IMG/VR virus record: IMGVR_UViG_3300042336_000327
Coordinates: 116,983 to 136,982 of that record
DNA: 20,000 nt
DNA from: an uncultured virus (IMG/VR IMGVR_UViG_3300042336_000327)
Taxonomy: Duplodnaviria; Heunggongvirae; Uroviricota; Caudoviricetes
Reading direction: 5' to 3' (one strand)
Both the position numbers and the translations under genes were made by a program. The notes under the pieces are model-generated. The model did not search any database and had not been told where the DNA came from. It worked only from the letters and a program-made list of their open reading frames with translations. Numbering within the stretch: position 1 is the first letter of the stretch; the number at the start of each line of letters is the position of its first letter. Below, one piece after another: positions 1 through 8,577 of this stretch.

Positions 1-621
1 TCAATTCTAAAAGGTCGATATCCTGACATGATGAATTCGGGAGAGGTTGGATGTGTAACTTCTCACCTGAAAGTTCTTAAGCATTTTGTTGAGACCTCTG
101 ATGCTCCATGTGCTTTAATCATGGAGGATGATTGTGATATTTCCACAGTTTCATATTGGCCATTTACTTGGAAAGATTTCTTTTCCAAAATTCCGTATGC
201 TTATGATGTGGTTCAACTTGCGATTATTAATCCAGCACAAATTAATATTCCAATTCATCGTCGTTTTGTAAATGATTTTTCTACGGCATGTTATTTGATT
301 ACTCGTCGTCACGCACAAAAGTTAATTGAACTGCATGTTAGAGGTGACAAATATAAACTGGATAATGGAGTTAAGCCAAGGGCAGTTGCAGATGACTTGA
401 TTTATAACTCTGGCAATACTTATGCAATCCCTTTATTTCTTTATAAGATTGAACTTGGATCAACAATCCATACAGAACATGTAGATGTATTTCATAAATC
501 AAGTTATGATGGTCTGTGGGATTTTTGGAAAAACGAATCCAATAAGATTGATGATTGGAATCAATTTTTCGAATTGAATCCTTACTATGGAACTCTTCCA
601 CCTGGTTGGGAAGGCAAATAG
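1..621 (+). CDS. Glycosyltransferase family 25 (LgtB/Lex2-like), 5'-truncated by the window edge
   Basis: Frame is open from base 1 (SILKGRYPDMMNSGEVGC...) to TAG at 619-621. It has GT25-type motifs GEVGCxxSH, LIMEDD and STACYLIT. Confidence 0.8.
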   Translation, partial: SILKGRYPDMMNSGEVGCVTSHLKVLKHFVETSDAPCALIMEDDCDISTVSYWPFTWKDFFSKIPYAYDVVQLAIINPAQINIPIHRRFVNDFSTACYLITRRHAQKLIELHVRGDKYKLDNGVKPRAVADDLIYNSGNTYAIPLFLYKIELGSTIHTEHVDVFHKSSYDGLWDFWKNESNKIDDWNQFFELNPYYGTLPPGWEGK

Positions 622-657
622 TAAGCATTTATACTTAATAAATCGGGAAACCGTAAC

Positions 658-685
658 AAAGGGGGCTTGACGCCCCTTTATTTTT
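658..685 (+). terminator. Intrinsic terminator hairpin with TTGAC loop
   Basis: GGGGC (662-666) / TTGAC loop / GCCCC (672-676), followed by TTTATTTTT, downstream of the GT25 stop. Confidence 0.7.
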
Positions 686-695
686 GCTATATAAT
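667..695 (+). promoter_or_regulatory. Sigma70-type promoter for the hli-petF-prx cluster
   Basis: TTGACG (667-672), 17 bp spacer, TATAAT (690-695). Confidence 0.85.
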
Positions 696-723
696 TGTGT
701 AACAATTCTTAACGAATGTAACG

Positions 724-918
724 ATGACTGTAACAACGAATGAGTATGGGCAGCAAAATATGTTTGCTAAAGAGCCCGTAATGTACTATGAAAATTATGG
801 GATGGATACGCCCAATCAAGTAAAGGAGAAAACTAATGGGCGTTGGGCAATGGTCGGCATTATTGCTGGGTTTATTTCTTATGCTCTCACTGACAAGTTC
901 TTCTTCGGAATCTTCTGA
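724..918 (+). CDS. hli: High-light-inducible protein (phage type with N-terminal extension)
   Basis: N-terminus MTVTTNEYGQQNMFAKEP, typical of phage hli. Chlorophyll-binding motif EKTNGRWAMVG followed by a TM helix. Confidence 0.92.
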   Translation: MTVTTNEYGQQNMFAKEPVMYYENYGMDTPNQVKEKTNGRWAMVGIIAGFISYALTDKFFFGIF

Positions 919-931
919 CAATTGATTGACA

Positions 932-1018
932 ATGACTTCAATTATCTTTACAATTACTAGTGTTGCCTTTCTCGTATTACTGGCACACTCCGTAAATCAA
1001 CTATCAGAAACTTATTAA
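932..1018 (+). CDS. Small single-TM hypothetical protein (28 aa)
   Basis: Manual translation MTSIIFTITSVAFLVLLAHSVNQLSETY*. Fills the hli-petF gap and ends 3 bp before the petF ATG. Confidence 0.6.
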   Translation: MTSIIFTITSVAFLVLLAHSVNQLSETY

Positions 1019-1021
1019 ACT

Positions 1022-1312
1022 ATGGCTTATAATGTTACTCTCCGCTCTCCCGATGGCACTGAGACCACCATCCAGTGTGAAGGTGATCAGTACATTCTTG
1101 AAGCAGCAGAAGACGCAGGTGTCGATCTTCCTTCCTCCTGTAAGGCAGGTGCTTGCTCTGCCTGTGCTGGAAAACTGATTAGTGGCACCGTCGATAATGA
1201 AGAACAGTCTTTCCTGGATGATGACCAAATTGCTGACGGTTGGGTACTCACATGTGTTGCCTATCCTACTAGCGATTGTGTGATTCTCACTGAGCAAGAG
1301 GAAAACCTGTGA
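1022..1312 (+). CDS. petF: Plant-type [2Fe-2S] ferredoxin
   Basis: [13 protein letters not shown] ... VLTC cysteine pattern; 96 aa, acidic. Confidence 0.96.
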   Translation: MAYNVTLRSPDGTETTIQCEGDQYILEAAEDAGVDLPSSCKAGACSACAGKLISGTVDNEEQSFLDDDQIADGWVLTCVAYPTSDCVILTEQEENL

Positions 1313-1584
1313 CCGCTGGAATGCTTGGGCAGTTTGCACTTGCCCTTCAAGAACTTGGGTGGGATATGAATGATGAACTCTCTGTTGAGATTGGTGGAGT
1401 AGCAGTAACTGGAACTGCGACTCACCCAGACGCAAATGCAAAGTGGGCGAAGCCATTTGGAACCGTAACCTATCAGAACGACGCTTTTATTGTTATCAAG
1501 AATAAAACCAGAAGTCCTATGGTCTTCTCCCAACCCAATCCAGAACTTAAACAACAACACCCCTATCAAGGAGAAAAAAAATGA
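1309..1584 (+). CDS. Hypothetical cyanophage protein
   Basis: GTGA overlap with the petF stop and ATGA overlap with the next hli. Alternative ATG start at 1321. Confidence 0.7.
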   Translation: MTAGMLGQFALALQELGWDMNDELSVEIGGVAVTGTATHPDANAKWAKPFGTVTYQNDAFIVIKNKTRSPMVFSQPNPELKQQHPYQGEKK

Positions 1585-1700
1585 AATTCGGTTTTACCCC
1601 TGAGGCAGAAATCCTCAATTCTCGTCTGGCAATGCTTGGTTTCGTTGCAGCTGTTGCCTCTTATGCTTTCACTGGTCAAGTAATTCCTGGTGTTTGGTGA
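1581..1700 (+). CDS. hli: High-light-inducible protein (short form, 39 aa)
   Basis: Not in the ORF track. Manual translation [39 protein letters not shown], with AExxNxRxAMxG and TGQxIPGxW motifs. AGGAG RBS upstream. Confidence 0.92.
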   Translation: MKFGFTPEAEILNSRLAMLGFVAAVASYAFTGQVIPGVW

Positions 1701-1711
1701 TGGAGGTTAAA

Positions 1712-2239
1712 ATGCGTAGCGAAGGATATCAAGTTCCTCAAGTTCAATTCACCTTTCGTGAGTCTGGTGAGTTTGTAAATCGTACAACTTCGGAACTTTT
1801 TGATGGTAAGCGTGTGGTTATTTTCAGTCTGCCTGGTGCATTCACTCCTACTTGCTCTGCTTATCAGCTGCCTGGATTTGAAGAGAAGTACGAAGATTTT
1901 ATTGGACTTGGCATTGATGACATTTATTGCATCTCTGTTAATGATGGGTTTGTAATGAATGCCTGGGCTAAGGACCAGAATATTGCTAATGTCAAACTCA
2001 TCCCAGACGGCAATGCTTACTTCACACGTTCTATGGGAATGCTTGTCAGCAAGTCTAACCTTGGTTTCGGTGATCGCTCTTGGCGTTATGCTGCGGTCGT
2101 GGATAACGGAGTCATCGAGAAACTATTCGTGGAAGTGGGGCAACGGGACAACGCCGACACCGACCCTTATGAGCAGACTACTCCAGAAAATGTTCTAGAG
2201 TATGTGTCAGCAAATGTGAAGGTTGGCACTACTGTTTGA
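1712..2239 (+). CDS. Peroxiredoxin (Prx5/type II, redoxin family)
   Basis: PGAFTPTCS active site, SVNDxFVMxAW and RSWRYA motifs. ATG 1712 is preferred over 1694 because of GGAGG at 1702-1706 and to avoid overlap with hli. Confidence 0.92.
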   Translation: MRSEGYQVPQVQFTFRESGEFVNRTTSELFDGKRVVIFSLPGAFTPTCSAYQLPGFEEKYEDFIGLGIDDIYCISVNDGFVMNAWAKDQNIANVKLIPDGNAYFTRSMGMLVSKSNLGFGDRSWRYAAVVDNGVIEKLFVEVGQRDNADTDPYEQTTPENVLEYVSANVKVGTTV

Positions 2240-2259
2240 TATAAGACTTCATAATATTT

Positions 2260-2292
2260 AACTCTGTTGCTAAATAAGCAGCAGAGTTTTTT
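2260..2292 (+). terminator. Intrinsic terminator after peroxiredoxin; loop carries a TAAATA late-promoter-like box
   Basis: AACTCTGTTGCT (2260-2271) / AAATA / AGCAGCAGAGTT (2277-2288, one G-U pair), then a T run. Confidence 0.75.
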
Positions 2293-2298
2293 AGTATT

Positions 2299-2463
2299 AT
2301 GCCACGCGGACACCTGACCAAAGATATTATCAAGTGTGAGGTTATTAAATTAAAGGCAGACTTGGATAAAGAGTGGATGAATAAGTCTGGATATGATCCT
2401 AAGTGGTTAGCCCATCATTATCTCAACAAAGTTCTTGATAAAATAGAGGAATACAGGGTATAA
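2299..2463 (+). CDS. Small hypothetical protein (54 aa)
   Basis: Manual translation MPRGHLTKDIIKCEVIKLKADLDKEWMNKSGYDPKWLAHHYLNKVLDKIEEYRV*. Fills the gap on the coding strand. Confidence 0.7.
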   Translation: MPRGHLTKDIIKCEVIKLKADLDKEWMNKSGYDPKWLAHHYLNKVLDKIEEYRV

Positions 2464-2469
2464 TAAATA
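2435..2469 (+). promoter_or_regulatory. Overlapping sigma70-like and late-type promoter upstream of the collagen-like gene
   Basis: TTGATA (2435-2440), 18 bp spacer, TATAAT (2459-2464); ATAAATA at 2463-2469. Confidence 0.5.
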
Positions 2470-2498
2470 CTATTATTAAAAAGAAAACCTTTATATTA

Positions 2499-5336
2499 AT
2501 GGGTATTTTTAAGAAGAGTATAAGACATTCCAAGGGTTCCAACTTGGATGAAAAACTTAAGATGTTGGAATCTGAATTAAAAAAGACCGATGTTGCCGTT
2601 AATGACAGTGACAAGAATTTTTTGTATGAGCAAAAAAATAAGGAGAATGAAGTTGTAAAATATAGTTGGAGAGAGGATGCTGTTCCTGCAAAAAATGATA
2701 TTCTAACGGAAGAAATTTCTGTTGTAAGAGAATCAAAGGTAAATAATAATTCAATTAAGAAGGTAAAGGGGCATATTAATTCTGTAGAAGAAGAACTTTC
2801 TTTATTGAGAAAGCAAATTTTTGATGAGATATCTGAAAATTTTCTTTTTAATATTCCAAGTATTGAAAAGAAAGTAGATAAGGTCTTAAGAATTTATAAT
2901 GACCTTCAAGAGGGTTTGTTAAATCAACCACCAGAAACAGTTACTACAGATCCACTGACACCATTAGATCAAAATTTTGTAACGATTGAAGACCTGAATA
3001 AGCACTATAATTTATTCATCAATCGTATTCAGGAGCAAATTGCTACAGTTGGTGGCGGTGGTGAAACTAAACTAAAGTATCTTGATGACGTTGTTGGTAT
3101 TGCAACAAATGCTTCTGCTTATGATGGTAAGTATTTAAAGTATGATCATACTTTAGGAAAATTTGTATTTGAGACAGTAGTAGGTGGCGGTGGTCCAGGG
3201 ACTCAAGGTATTCAAGGTATCCAAGGTGTAGATGGCGCAAATGGAACAAATGGAACTCAAGGTGTTCAGGGTATCCAAGGTGTAGGTGGAACAAATGGAT
3301 CTCAAGGTGTTCAGGGTATCCAAGGTAGTGCATCAACAGTTCAAGGAATTCAAGGAACTCAAGGTGTTCAGGGTATTCAGGGAACTACTGGTAATTTTGG
3401 TGGCGTAACATTTGACTTTACTTTTGACTCTAATACTTCAGATACAGACCCTGGATCTGGTAGATTAAAGTTAAACAATGCTTCTGTCGGTATAGCAACC
3501 GAACTTTATATTGATGACCAGGATGATAATGCTACTGATATTCAGGATTATCTAAGAACGATTGATGATTCTACTTCATCAATAAAGGGTCATTTTAGAA
3601 TAACAAATAAATCAAACGCTTCTGATTTTGCTTTATTTGTTATTACTGGGTCAAGTGTAGAAGGAACAGGATATTTTAAAATTCCTTGTGGTATAAGCAC
3701 CGCAAGTGCTTCTTCATTTTCTAACGATGAAGATGTAATTATTACTTTTGCTAGAACTGGTGATAAGGGGGATAGCGGTACTCAAGGAACTCAAGGTATT
3801 CAAGGTGTTACTGGGTCTGGAGCTCAAGGTACAGCAGGAACTCAAGGTTCTGGAGGAACTCAAGGTACTCAGGGGTCACAAGGACGCCAGGGTATTCAGG
3901 GTGTTCAGGGATACGGTGGAACTCAAGGAACACAAGGTCGTCAAGGTGTTCAGGGTATTCAGGGCACTATAGGGGCAGGAACTCAAGGAACTCAGGGTGT
4001 TCAGGGTGAGGGTGGAACTCAAGGTTCTGGGGGAATCCAAGGTGCCAATGGTGCAACTGGTTCTCAAGGTGTTCAGGGTAACCAGGGTCTTCAAGGTGGT
4101 CAAGGTGTCCAGGGAAATGATGGATCTGCAACTTTCCAGGGATATCAAGGTATTCAAGGTGTCGCTGGGTCTAATGGAACTCAGGGAAATCAGGGAATAT
4201 CAGGTGAAGCAGCTGCCCAAGGATATCAAGGTATTCAAGGTGTTGTTGGTGGGCAAGGTGTTCAAGGGACTCAAGGTGTTCAGGGTTCTGATGCGACGGT
4301 TCAAGGTATTCAAGGTACTCAGGGTTCTAATGGAACTCAGGGTACAACTGGAACTGGAAGTCAAGGGATTCAAGGTTCTCAGGGAACTGGTGGGGCAACT
4401 GGAGGACCTGGTGCTCAGGGTATTCAGGGAAATGATGGTGCCTTTGCTTCTCAAGGTATTCAGGGAACCCAAGGTGTTCAGGGTGTCCAAGGAACACAAG
4501 CTTCACAGGGAACTCAAGGTATCCAAGGTATTCAAGGAATCCAAGGTATTACTGGAGCAGGAACTCAAGGTATTCAGGGTGTTCAAGGAACTCAGGGAAT
4601 CCAGGGTATTTCTGGAACAGGAACTCAAGGAACTCAGGGTATTCAGGGCATCGCTGGTGCAGGGACACAAGGTTCTCAAGGTATTCAAGGTATTCAAGGT
4701 ATTCAAGGAACTCAGGGAACTCAAGGTATCCAAGGTATTACTGGAGCAGGAACTCAAGGAACTCAAGGTGTTCAGGGAACTACTGGAACAGCAACACAAG
4801 GAATTCAAGGTATTACTGGATCCCAGGGAACACAGGGTATAGCAGGTTCTGCCGCCGCCCAAGGAATTCAGGGTGTTCAAGGACCTGCAGGAGCTGGTGG
4901 TGGGGGTGGAGAATCTTACTGGGTAGCAACTGGCGTTGGCATTCATACACTTTCCAATGTTGGCATTGCTACAACAAATCCAGTATCAAAACTACAAGTT
5001 GAGAGATACGGAGTATCAACAGGATTTGGAACCTTCAATTCTACTGTTGGAGTTGCAACTGATATTGATAGCTTTACAATCGCAACAACTGACTTTAAGA
5101 CAGCAGAATATACACTCCATGTTGGATATGGAACTTATATTCAATCTCAGAAAGTTCTTGTCATGCAAAACGGAACCACCGCATATTCACAAGAATATGC
5201 AATCATGTATGACCCATCGATTGTTGTTTCTGTTGGAGCTACAGTCTCTGCTGGAGTGTGTAAATTACAAGCAACTCCAGAGGCAGGTGTTACAGGATTA
5301 ACAACCTATAGATTTGTAAGAACTACACTACTCTAA
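2499..5336 (+). CDS. Collagen-like (Gly-X-Gln) fibre/structural protein
   Basis: 945 aa. Charged, coiled-coil-like N-terminus; two Gly-X-Y blocks separated by a globular insert; C-terminal beta-rich domain with VGIATTNP, as in cyanophage fibre proteins. Confidence 0.85.
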   Translation: MGIFKKSIRHSKGSNLDEKLKMLESELKKTDVAVNDSDKNFLYEQKNKENEVVKYSWREDAVPAKNDILTEEISVVRESKVNNNSIKKVKGHINSVEEELSLLRKQIFDEISENFLFNIPSIEKKVDKVLRIYNDLQEGLLNQPPETVTTDPLTPLDQNFVTIEDLNKHYNLFINRIQEQIATVGGGGETKLKYLDDVVGIATNASAYDGKYLKYDHTLGKFVFETVVGGGGPGTQGIQGIQGVDGANGTNGTQGVQGIQGVGGTNGSQGVQGIQGSASTVQGIQGTQGVQGIQGTTGNFGGVTFDFTFDSNTSDTDPGSGRLKLNNASVGIATELYIDDQDDNATDIQDYLRTIDDSTSSIKGHFRITNKSNASDFALFVITGSSVEGTGYFKIPCGISTASASSFSNDEDVIITFARTGDKGDSGTQGTQGIQGVTGSGAQGTAGTQGSGGTQGTQGSQGRQGIQGVQGYGGTQGTQGRQGVQGIQGTIGAGTQGTQGVQGEGGTQGSGGIQGANGATGSQGVQGNQGLQGGQGVQGNDGSATFQGYQGIQGVAGSNGTQGNQGISGEAAAQGYQGIQGVVGGQGVQGTQGVQGSDATVQGIQGTQGSNGTQGTTGTGSQGIQGSQGTGGATGGPGAQGIQGNDGAFASQGIQGTQGVQGVQGTQASQGTQGIQGIQGIQGITGAGTQGIQGVQGTQGIQGISGTGTQGTQGIQGIAGAGTQGSQGIQGIQGIQGTQGTQGIQGITGAGTQGTQGVQGTTGTATQGIQGITGSQGTQGIAGSAAAQGIQGVQGPAGAGGGGGESYWVATGVGIHTLSNVGIATTNPVSKLQVERYGVSTGFGTFNSTVGVATDIDSFTIATTDFKTAEYTLHVGYGTYIQSQKVLVMQNGTTAYSQEYAIMYDPSIVVSVGATVSAGVCKLQATPEAGVTGLTTYRFVRTTLL
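3198..3392 (+). repeat. Collagen-like repeat block 1 (9-bp GGN-NNN-CAR units)
   Basis: GTQ/GIQ/GVQ triplets. Confidence 0.9.
3759..4889 (+). repeat. Collagen-like repeat block 2 (9-bp GGN-NNN-CAR units)
   Basis: About 1.1 kb of GTQ/GIQ/GVQ/GSQ triplets, e.g. tandem CAAGGTATT near 4677-4706. Confidence 0.92.
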
Positions 5337-5337
5337 T

Positions 5338-7395
5338 ATGACACGATTACTTCCCATATCAGAAGATGTTGAGATTGTTCTATCTCCAGAAACTCCTGTC
5401 ATAGAGTATTCTCCAGACCCTATTGATGAATATATTGTTGTTGTTGAGGATGCTGGAGATTGGGAAGAGATTCATGGTTACATCATCAATGAAAATGAGA
5501 TTGATGGAATTCCAAATAGGGCAATACCCTGCATAAACACTCAAGAACATTCTCTTAGAACTTCGATTTATTTGATGAGTCAGGAAGAGGCAGAAGTTCT
5601 CAAGTCTCATCCTAAAATTGAAAGTGTGGAATTGAATCCAGAAAAGTATCCGCAACCACAATCGACCGATACTCTAAGATATAAAAAACCAATTGCATTT
5701 AATAAACCTGAATTAGTCGCTGCTTTTGATACTGAGACAACTTATTTTCTAAATGAGACTCGTTCTAATTGGTCTCACTTATTTGTTACTAATCCCACGA
5801 GTTTGCCATTTAAAGGAGTTGGTGTTACTAGCACAACGTATGCTGAGAGTGATGTTGAATATTCTTTGACGGGTAGAGGAGTTGATGCAGTCATTATTGA
5901 TTCTGGAGTTGCTCATTTGCATCCAGAATTTCAAAGTCCAGATGGAACTTATAGAGTTAAAGATGTAATTCTTGATGGTCCATATAAAGTTGATCCTGAT
6001 TACTTTACAAGTAGGGGTTTAACTTATACTAAGATTGTGGATGGCGTGAATCTTGGAGTTGGTATTGTGACAACTGCAGCTGCTGCATGGTGGAGCACTG
6101 CAGCTAGTCGCTCTGCTGCGTTTCAAAGTTTAGGAACAGTTTCGGTAACTGCTTTATATACTGTTCCTCATGTAGCAACTAAAACTTCTAATGCGAGTAG
6201 TAATCAATTGGTTGATGGTCATGGGACTGCTTGTGCTTCTCAAATCGGTGGTAAATCTTTTGGATTAGCATTTGAGTGCAACTTATGGAATATTAGAATT
6301 TCTCTTAGTGGAGTAGGTGGATATATTGCTGGGTCATCAGCACTGGATATTTGTACTATTTGGCACCAGGCAAAAAGAATTGCTCAGAATGGAAATCCAG
6401 ATCCTACGATTATTAATAATAGTTGGGGTCAGACTTCAACAACTGGTAATACAAATGGTACTCCATATAGTCATGGATATCGAGGTGCAACATTAAGTTA
6501 TACTGGCAATGGAAGTAGTTTCACTGTTCAGGCAAATGCTGGTGCTTGCAGAAATACAAAATCTTTTACTTATAATACTGGTGGGGGAACCGCTTTATCT
6601 GCTTATTCTGGCAGCGGTGAATATACTCCACATTCTGCAACAACAAGTGCTTCAGCAGAAAATGCCATTGCTGCTGGATGTATCGTTGTAACATCTGCAG
6701 GAAATCAAAATCAAAAGTTTTCTGATGAAACTGATGTAGATTTTAATAATTGGTATAGTTCCACAACGAATTATGTTAATCGTTGTGGGGGGGTTAGTAG
6801 AGGATTCACTGGCATTCATGAGAGGAAAAAAGGAACTATACGAGTGGGTGCTTTAGATTGTTCTGTAGAGCCAGCAGATTCAAAGCAAGGATCTACTCCA
6901 TATGCAATCAGGAGAGTTTGTTATTCTAACTCTGGTCCAATGATTAATGTTTGGGCACCTGCAGAAATGACCATGGCTGCAGGATATACATCCACATATG
7001 AAGATTTTGCGAGACAGGATAATATAACTTTTTATGATACTTGGTTTAATGGCACCAGCTCTGCAGGACCAAATACTTGTTCAGCAATTGCTTTGTATCT
7101 TGAATCAAATCGAAAAGCAACGCAAGCAGATGTACATGAGTGGTTAGATAGACATGGAAGTGTAGAAATCAATTTGTCAGATCCATATCCAGACCCAAAT
7201 TCTACGGGATATTGGTCACAGACTTATAATGCTACTTTTGATTCTGCATCTAGTACTAATGATTCTTATAATGTTCGTGGTAATGGTAGTTTGAGAGGTG
7301 CTCCTAAGAAAGTCCTTCGAAACCCTTTTGCAACTAATCAGCAGAGTTCAATTTCTGGTGTCCAGATGTCTGGCATTTTATTCACCCAATCCTAA
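5338..7395 (+). CDS. Subtilisin-like serine protease (peptidase S8) with probable N-terminal propeptide
   Basis: Catalytic motifs in the correct order: VIIDSG (Asp), DGHGTACAS (His), SAGN (oxyanion Asn), FNGTSSAGP (Ser). Confidence 0.9.
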   Translation: MTRLLPISEDVEIVLSPETPVIEYSPDPIDEYIVVVEDAGDWEEIHGYIINENEIDGIPNRAIPCINTQEHSLRTSIYLMSQEEAEVLKSHPKIESVELNPEKYPQPQSTDTLRYKKPIAFNKPELVAAFDTETTYFLNETRSNWSHLFVTNPTSLPFKGVGVTSTTYAESDVEYSLTGRGVDAVIIDSGVAHLHPEFQSPDGTYRVKDVILDGPYKVDPDYFTSRGLTYTKIVDGVNLGVGIVTTAAAAWWSTAASRSAAFQSLGTVSVTALYTVPHVATKTSNASSNQLVDGHGTACASQIGGKSFGLAFECNLWNIRISLSGVGGYIAGSSALDICTIWHQAKRIAQNGNPDPTIINNSWGQTSTTGNTNGTPYSHGYRGATLSYTGNGSSFTVQANAGACRNTKSFTYNTGGGTALSAYSGSGEYTPHSATTSASAENAIAAGCIVVTSAGNQNQKFSDETDVDFNNWYSSTTNYVNRCGGVSRGFTGIHERKKGTIRVGALDCSVEPADSKQGSTPYAIRRVCYSNSGPMINVWAPAEMTMAAGYTSTYEDFARQDNITFYDTWFNGTSSAGPNTCSAIALYLESNRKATQADVHEWLDRHGSVEINLSDPYPDPNSTGYWSQTYNATFDSASSTNDSYNVRGNGSLRGAPKKVLRNPFATNQQSSISGVQMSGILFTQS

Positions 7396-7398
7396 ATA
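7392..7398 (+). promoter_or_regulatory. T4-like late promoter candidate
   Basis: CTAAATA 14 bp upstream of the 7413 ATG (T4 consensus TATAAATA). Confidence 0.45.
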
Positions 7399-7412
7399 CT
7401 TAAAAAAGAGAA

Positions 7413-8570
7413 ATGGCAGATAAGAAATTTGGAGTAAAACAGATAGATCTGATTGGTGCTTCTGGCACTCCAAACTTAACTAGTCCTAATAATTTAAATC
7501 TTAATGCTGTCACTGTCGCAATCAGCACAGATGTAACCATTGGTGGTCAGGTAACCTCCAATATTATTGTTGGAACTGGAAAATCAATTGGTATAGGCAC
7601 GACAGTTCCAACAGGGGACTTGGATGTTAGAGGACAGACAAATTTAAGTAATCTAAATGTTTCTGGTGTTTCTACATTTGCTGGAATCACTACAGTTACT
7701 GGATCTACTTTATTTTCTAAGCAACTGGATGTTGTTGGTGTTTCTACATTTAGAACTAATGTCGATATTTACAATGGAATTTTATCATTAAAAACACCTA
7801 CTGATGAAAATGTTTTTTCACTCTCATATAGTGCTGCTAATGATGATGTAACTTTCAATTTTCAACAGACTGGTGGAACTGGAGGAAGTCGAGTTATATA
7901 TCAATTACTTGATAATGCAGAATTTTATATTAGTAATGCTTCAACTGGTGGTGGTATTGCAAGATTTGTTGCGAATGGTGCCAACGAACTTTATTATGAT
8001 GATGTTAAAAAGTTTGAAACTCTCGGTGCTGGTGTAACAATCAATGGAACTACCTTTACCAACCAATTAAGTGTTTCTGGTGTTTCTACATTTGTTGGAA
8101 TTGCCACTCATTCTGCGTCTTTATTTGGAACTCAAGCATCCTTTACTGGTGTAGTCACAGCAACATCATTCTCTGGATCTAATACTCTTAAATCAAGGAC
8201 AATAGTATCTGGAGTTACAACATCAATTCCAAATAATGGAATTGGCAATACTAATATTACTGGATTTAAGTCTTACTCATTAATGAAGGTTGGTCTTTCT
8301 ACTGCAGGTTGGTTGAGACTATATACTGATAGTGCATCTCGCTCTGCTGATGCCTCTCGTTCGATTGGTATTGATCCATCACCTGGAAGTGGAGTGATTG
8401 CTGAGGTTATCACCACAGGCATTTCAACAACGCAAATCATATCTCCTTTTGTAATGGGTGGTAATTTGAATAACCCTGCTGATACTACAGTTTATGCAGC
8501 AATCACGAATCTTTCTGGAGTCACTTCAAGTATTTCTGTAAATCTAACACTTCTTCAACTGGAGGCATAA
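7413..8570 (+). CDS. Tail-fibre-like virion protein
   Basis: Gly/Thr/Ser/Val-rich, with repeated SGVSTF, IGIGTT and ELYYDxxKKFET motifs typical of cyanomyovirus fibre proteins. Confidence 0.7.
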   Translation: MADKKFGVKQIDLIGASGTPNLTSPNNLNLNAVTVAISTDVTIGGQVTSNIIVGTGKSIGIGTTVPTGDLDVRGQTNLSNLNVSGVSTFAGITTVTGSTLFSKQLDVVGVSTFRTNVDIYNGILSLKTPTDENVFSLSYSAANDDVTFNFQQTGGTGGSRVIYQLLDNAEFYISNASTGGGIARFVANGANELYYDDVKKFETLGAGVTINGTTFTNQLSVSGVSTFVGIATHSASLFGTQASFTGVVTATSFSGSNTLKSRTIVSGVTTSIPNNGIGNTNITGFKSYSLMKVGLSTAGWLRLYTDSASRSADASRSIGIDPSPGSGVIAEVITTGISTTQIISPFVMGGNLNNPADTTVYAAITNLSGVTSSISVNLTLLQLEA

Positions 8571-8577
8571 GTAACAA

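Noticed and set aside
699..713. NtcA box near the hli promoter
   Set aside because: GTA-N8 is followed by TAA rather than TAC; an HLR1-like reading fits better.
371..1569. Minus-strand ORFs over GT25, hli and petF
   Set aside because: They are antisense to well-supported genes and have no recognisable motifs.
1694..1711. Upstream start for the peroxiredoxin given by the ORF track
   Set aside because: It overlaps the hli 3' end, and the GGAGG RBS is positioned for the ATG at 1712.
3067..4946. Long alternative-frame and antisense ORFs over the collagen region (e.g. 3997..4842 +, 4503..4946 -)
   Set aside because: These are shadows of the 9-bp GGN-NNN-CAR repeat, which lacks stops in other frames. 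The translations are low-complexity mirrors of the repeat.
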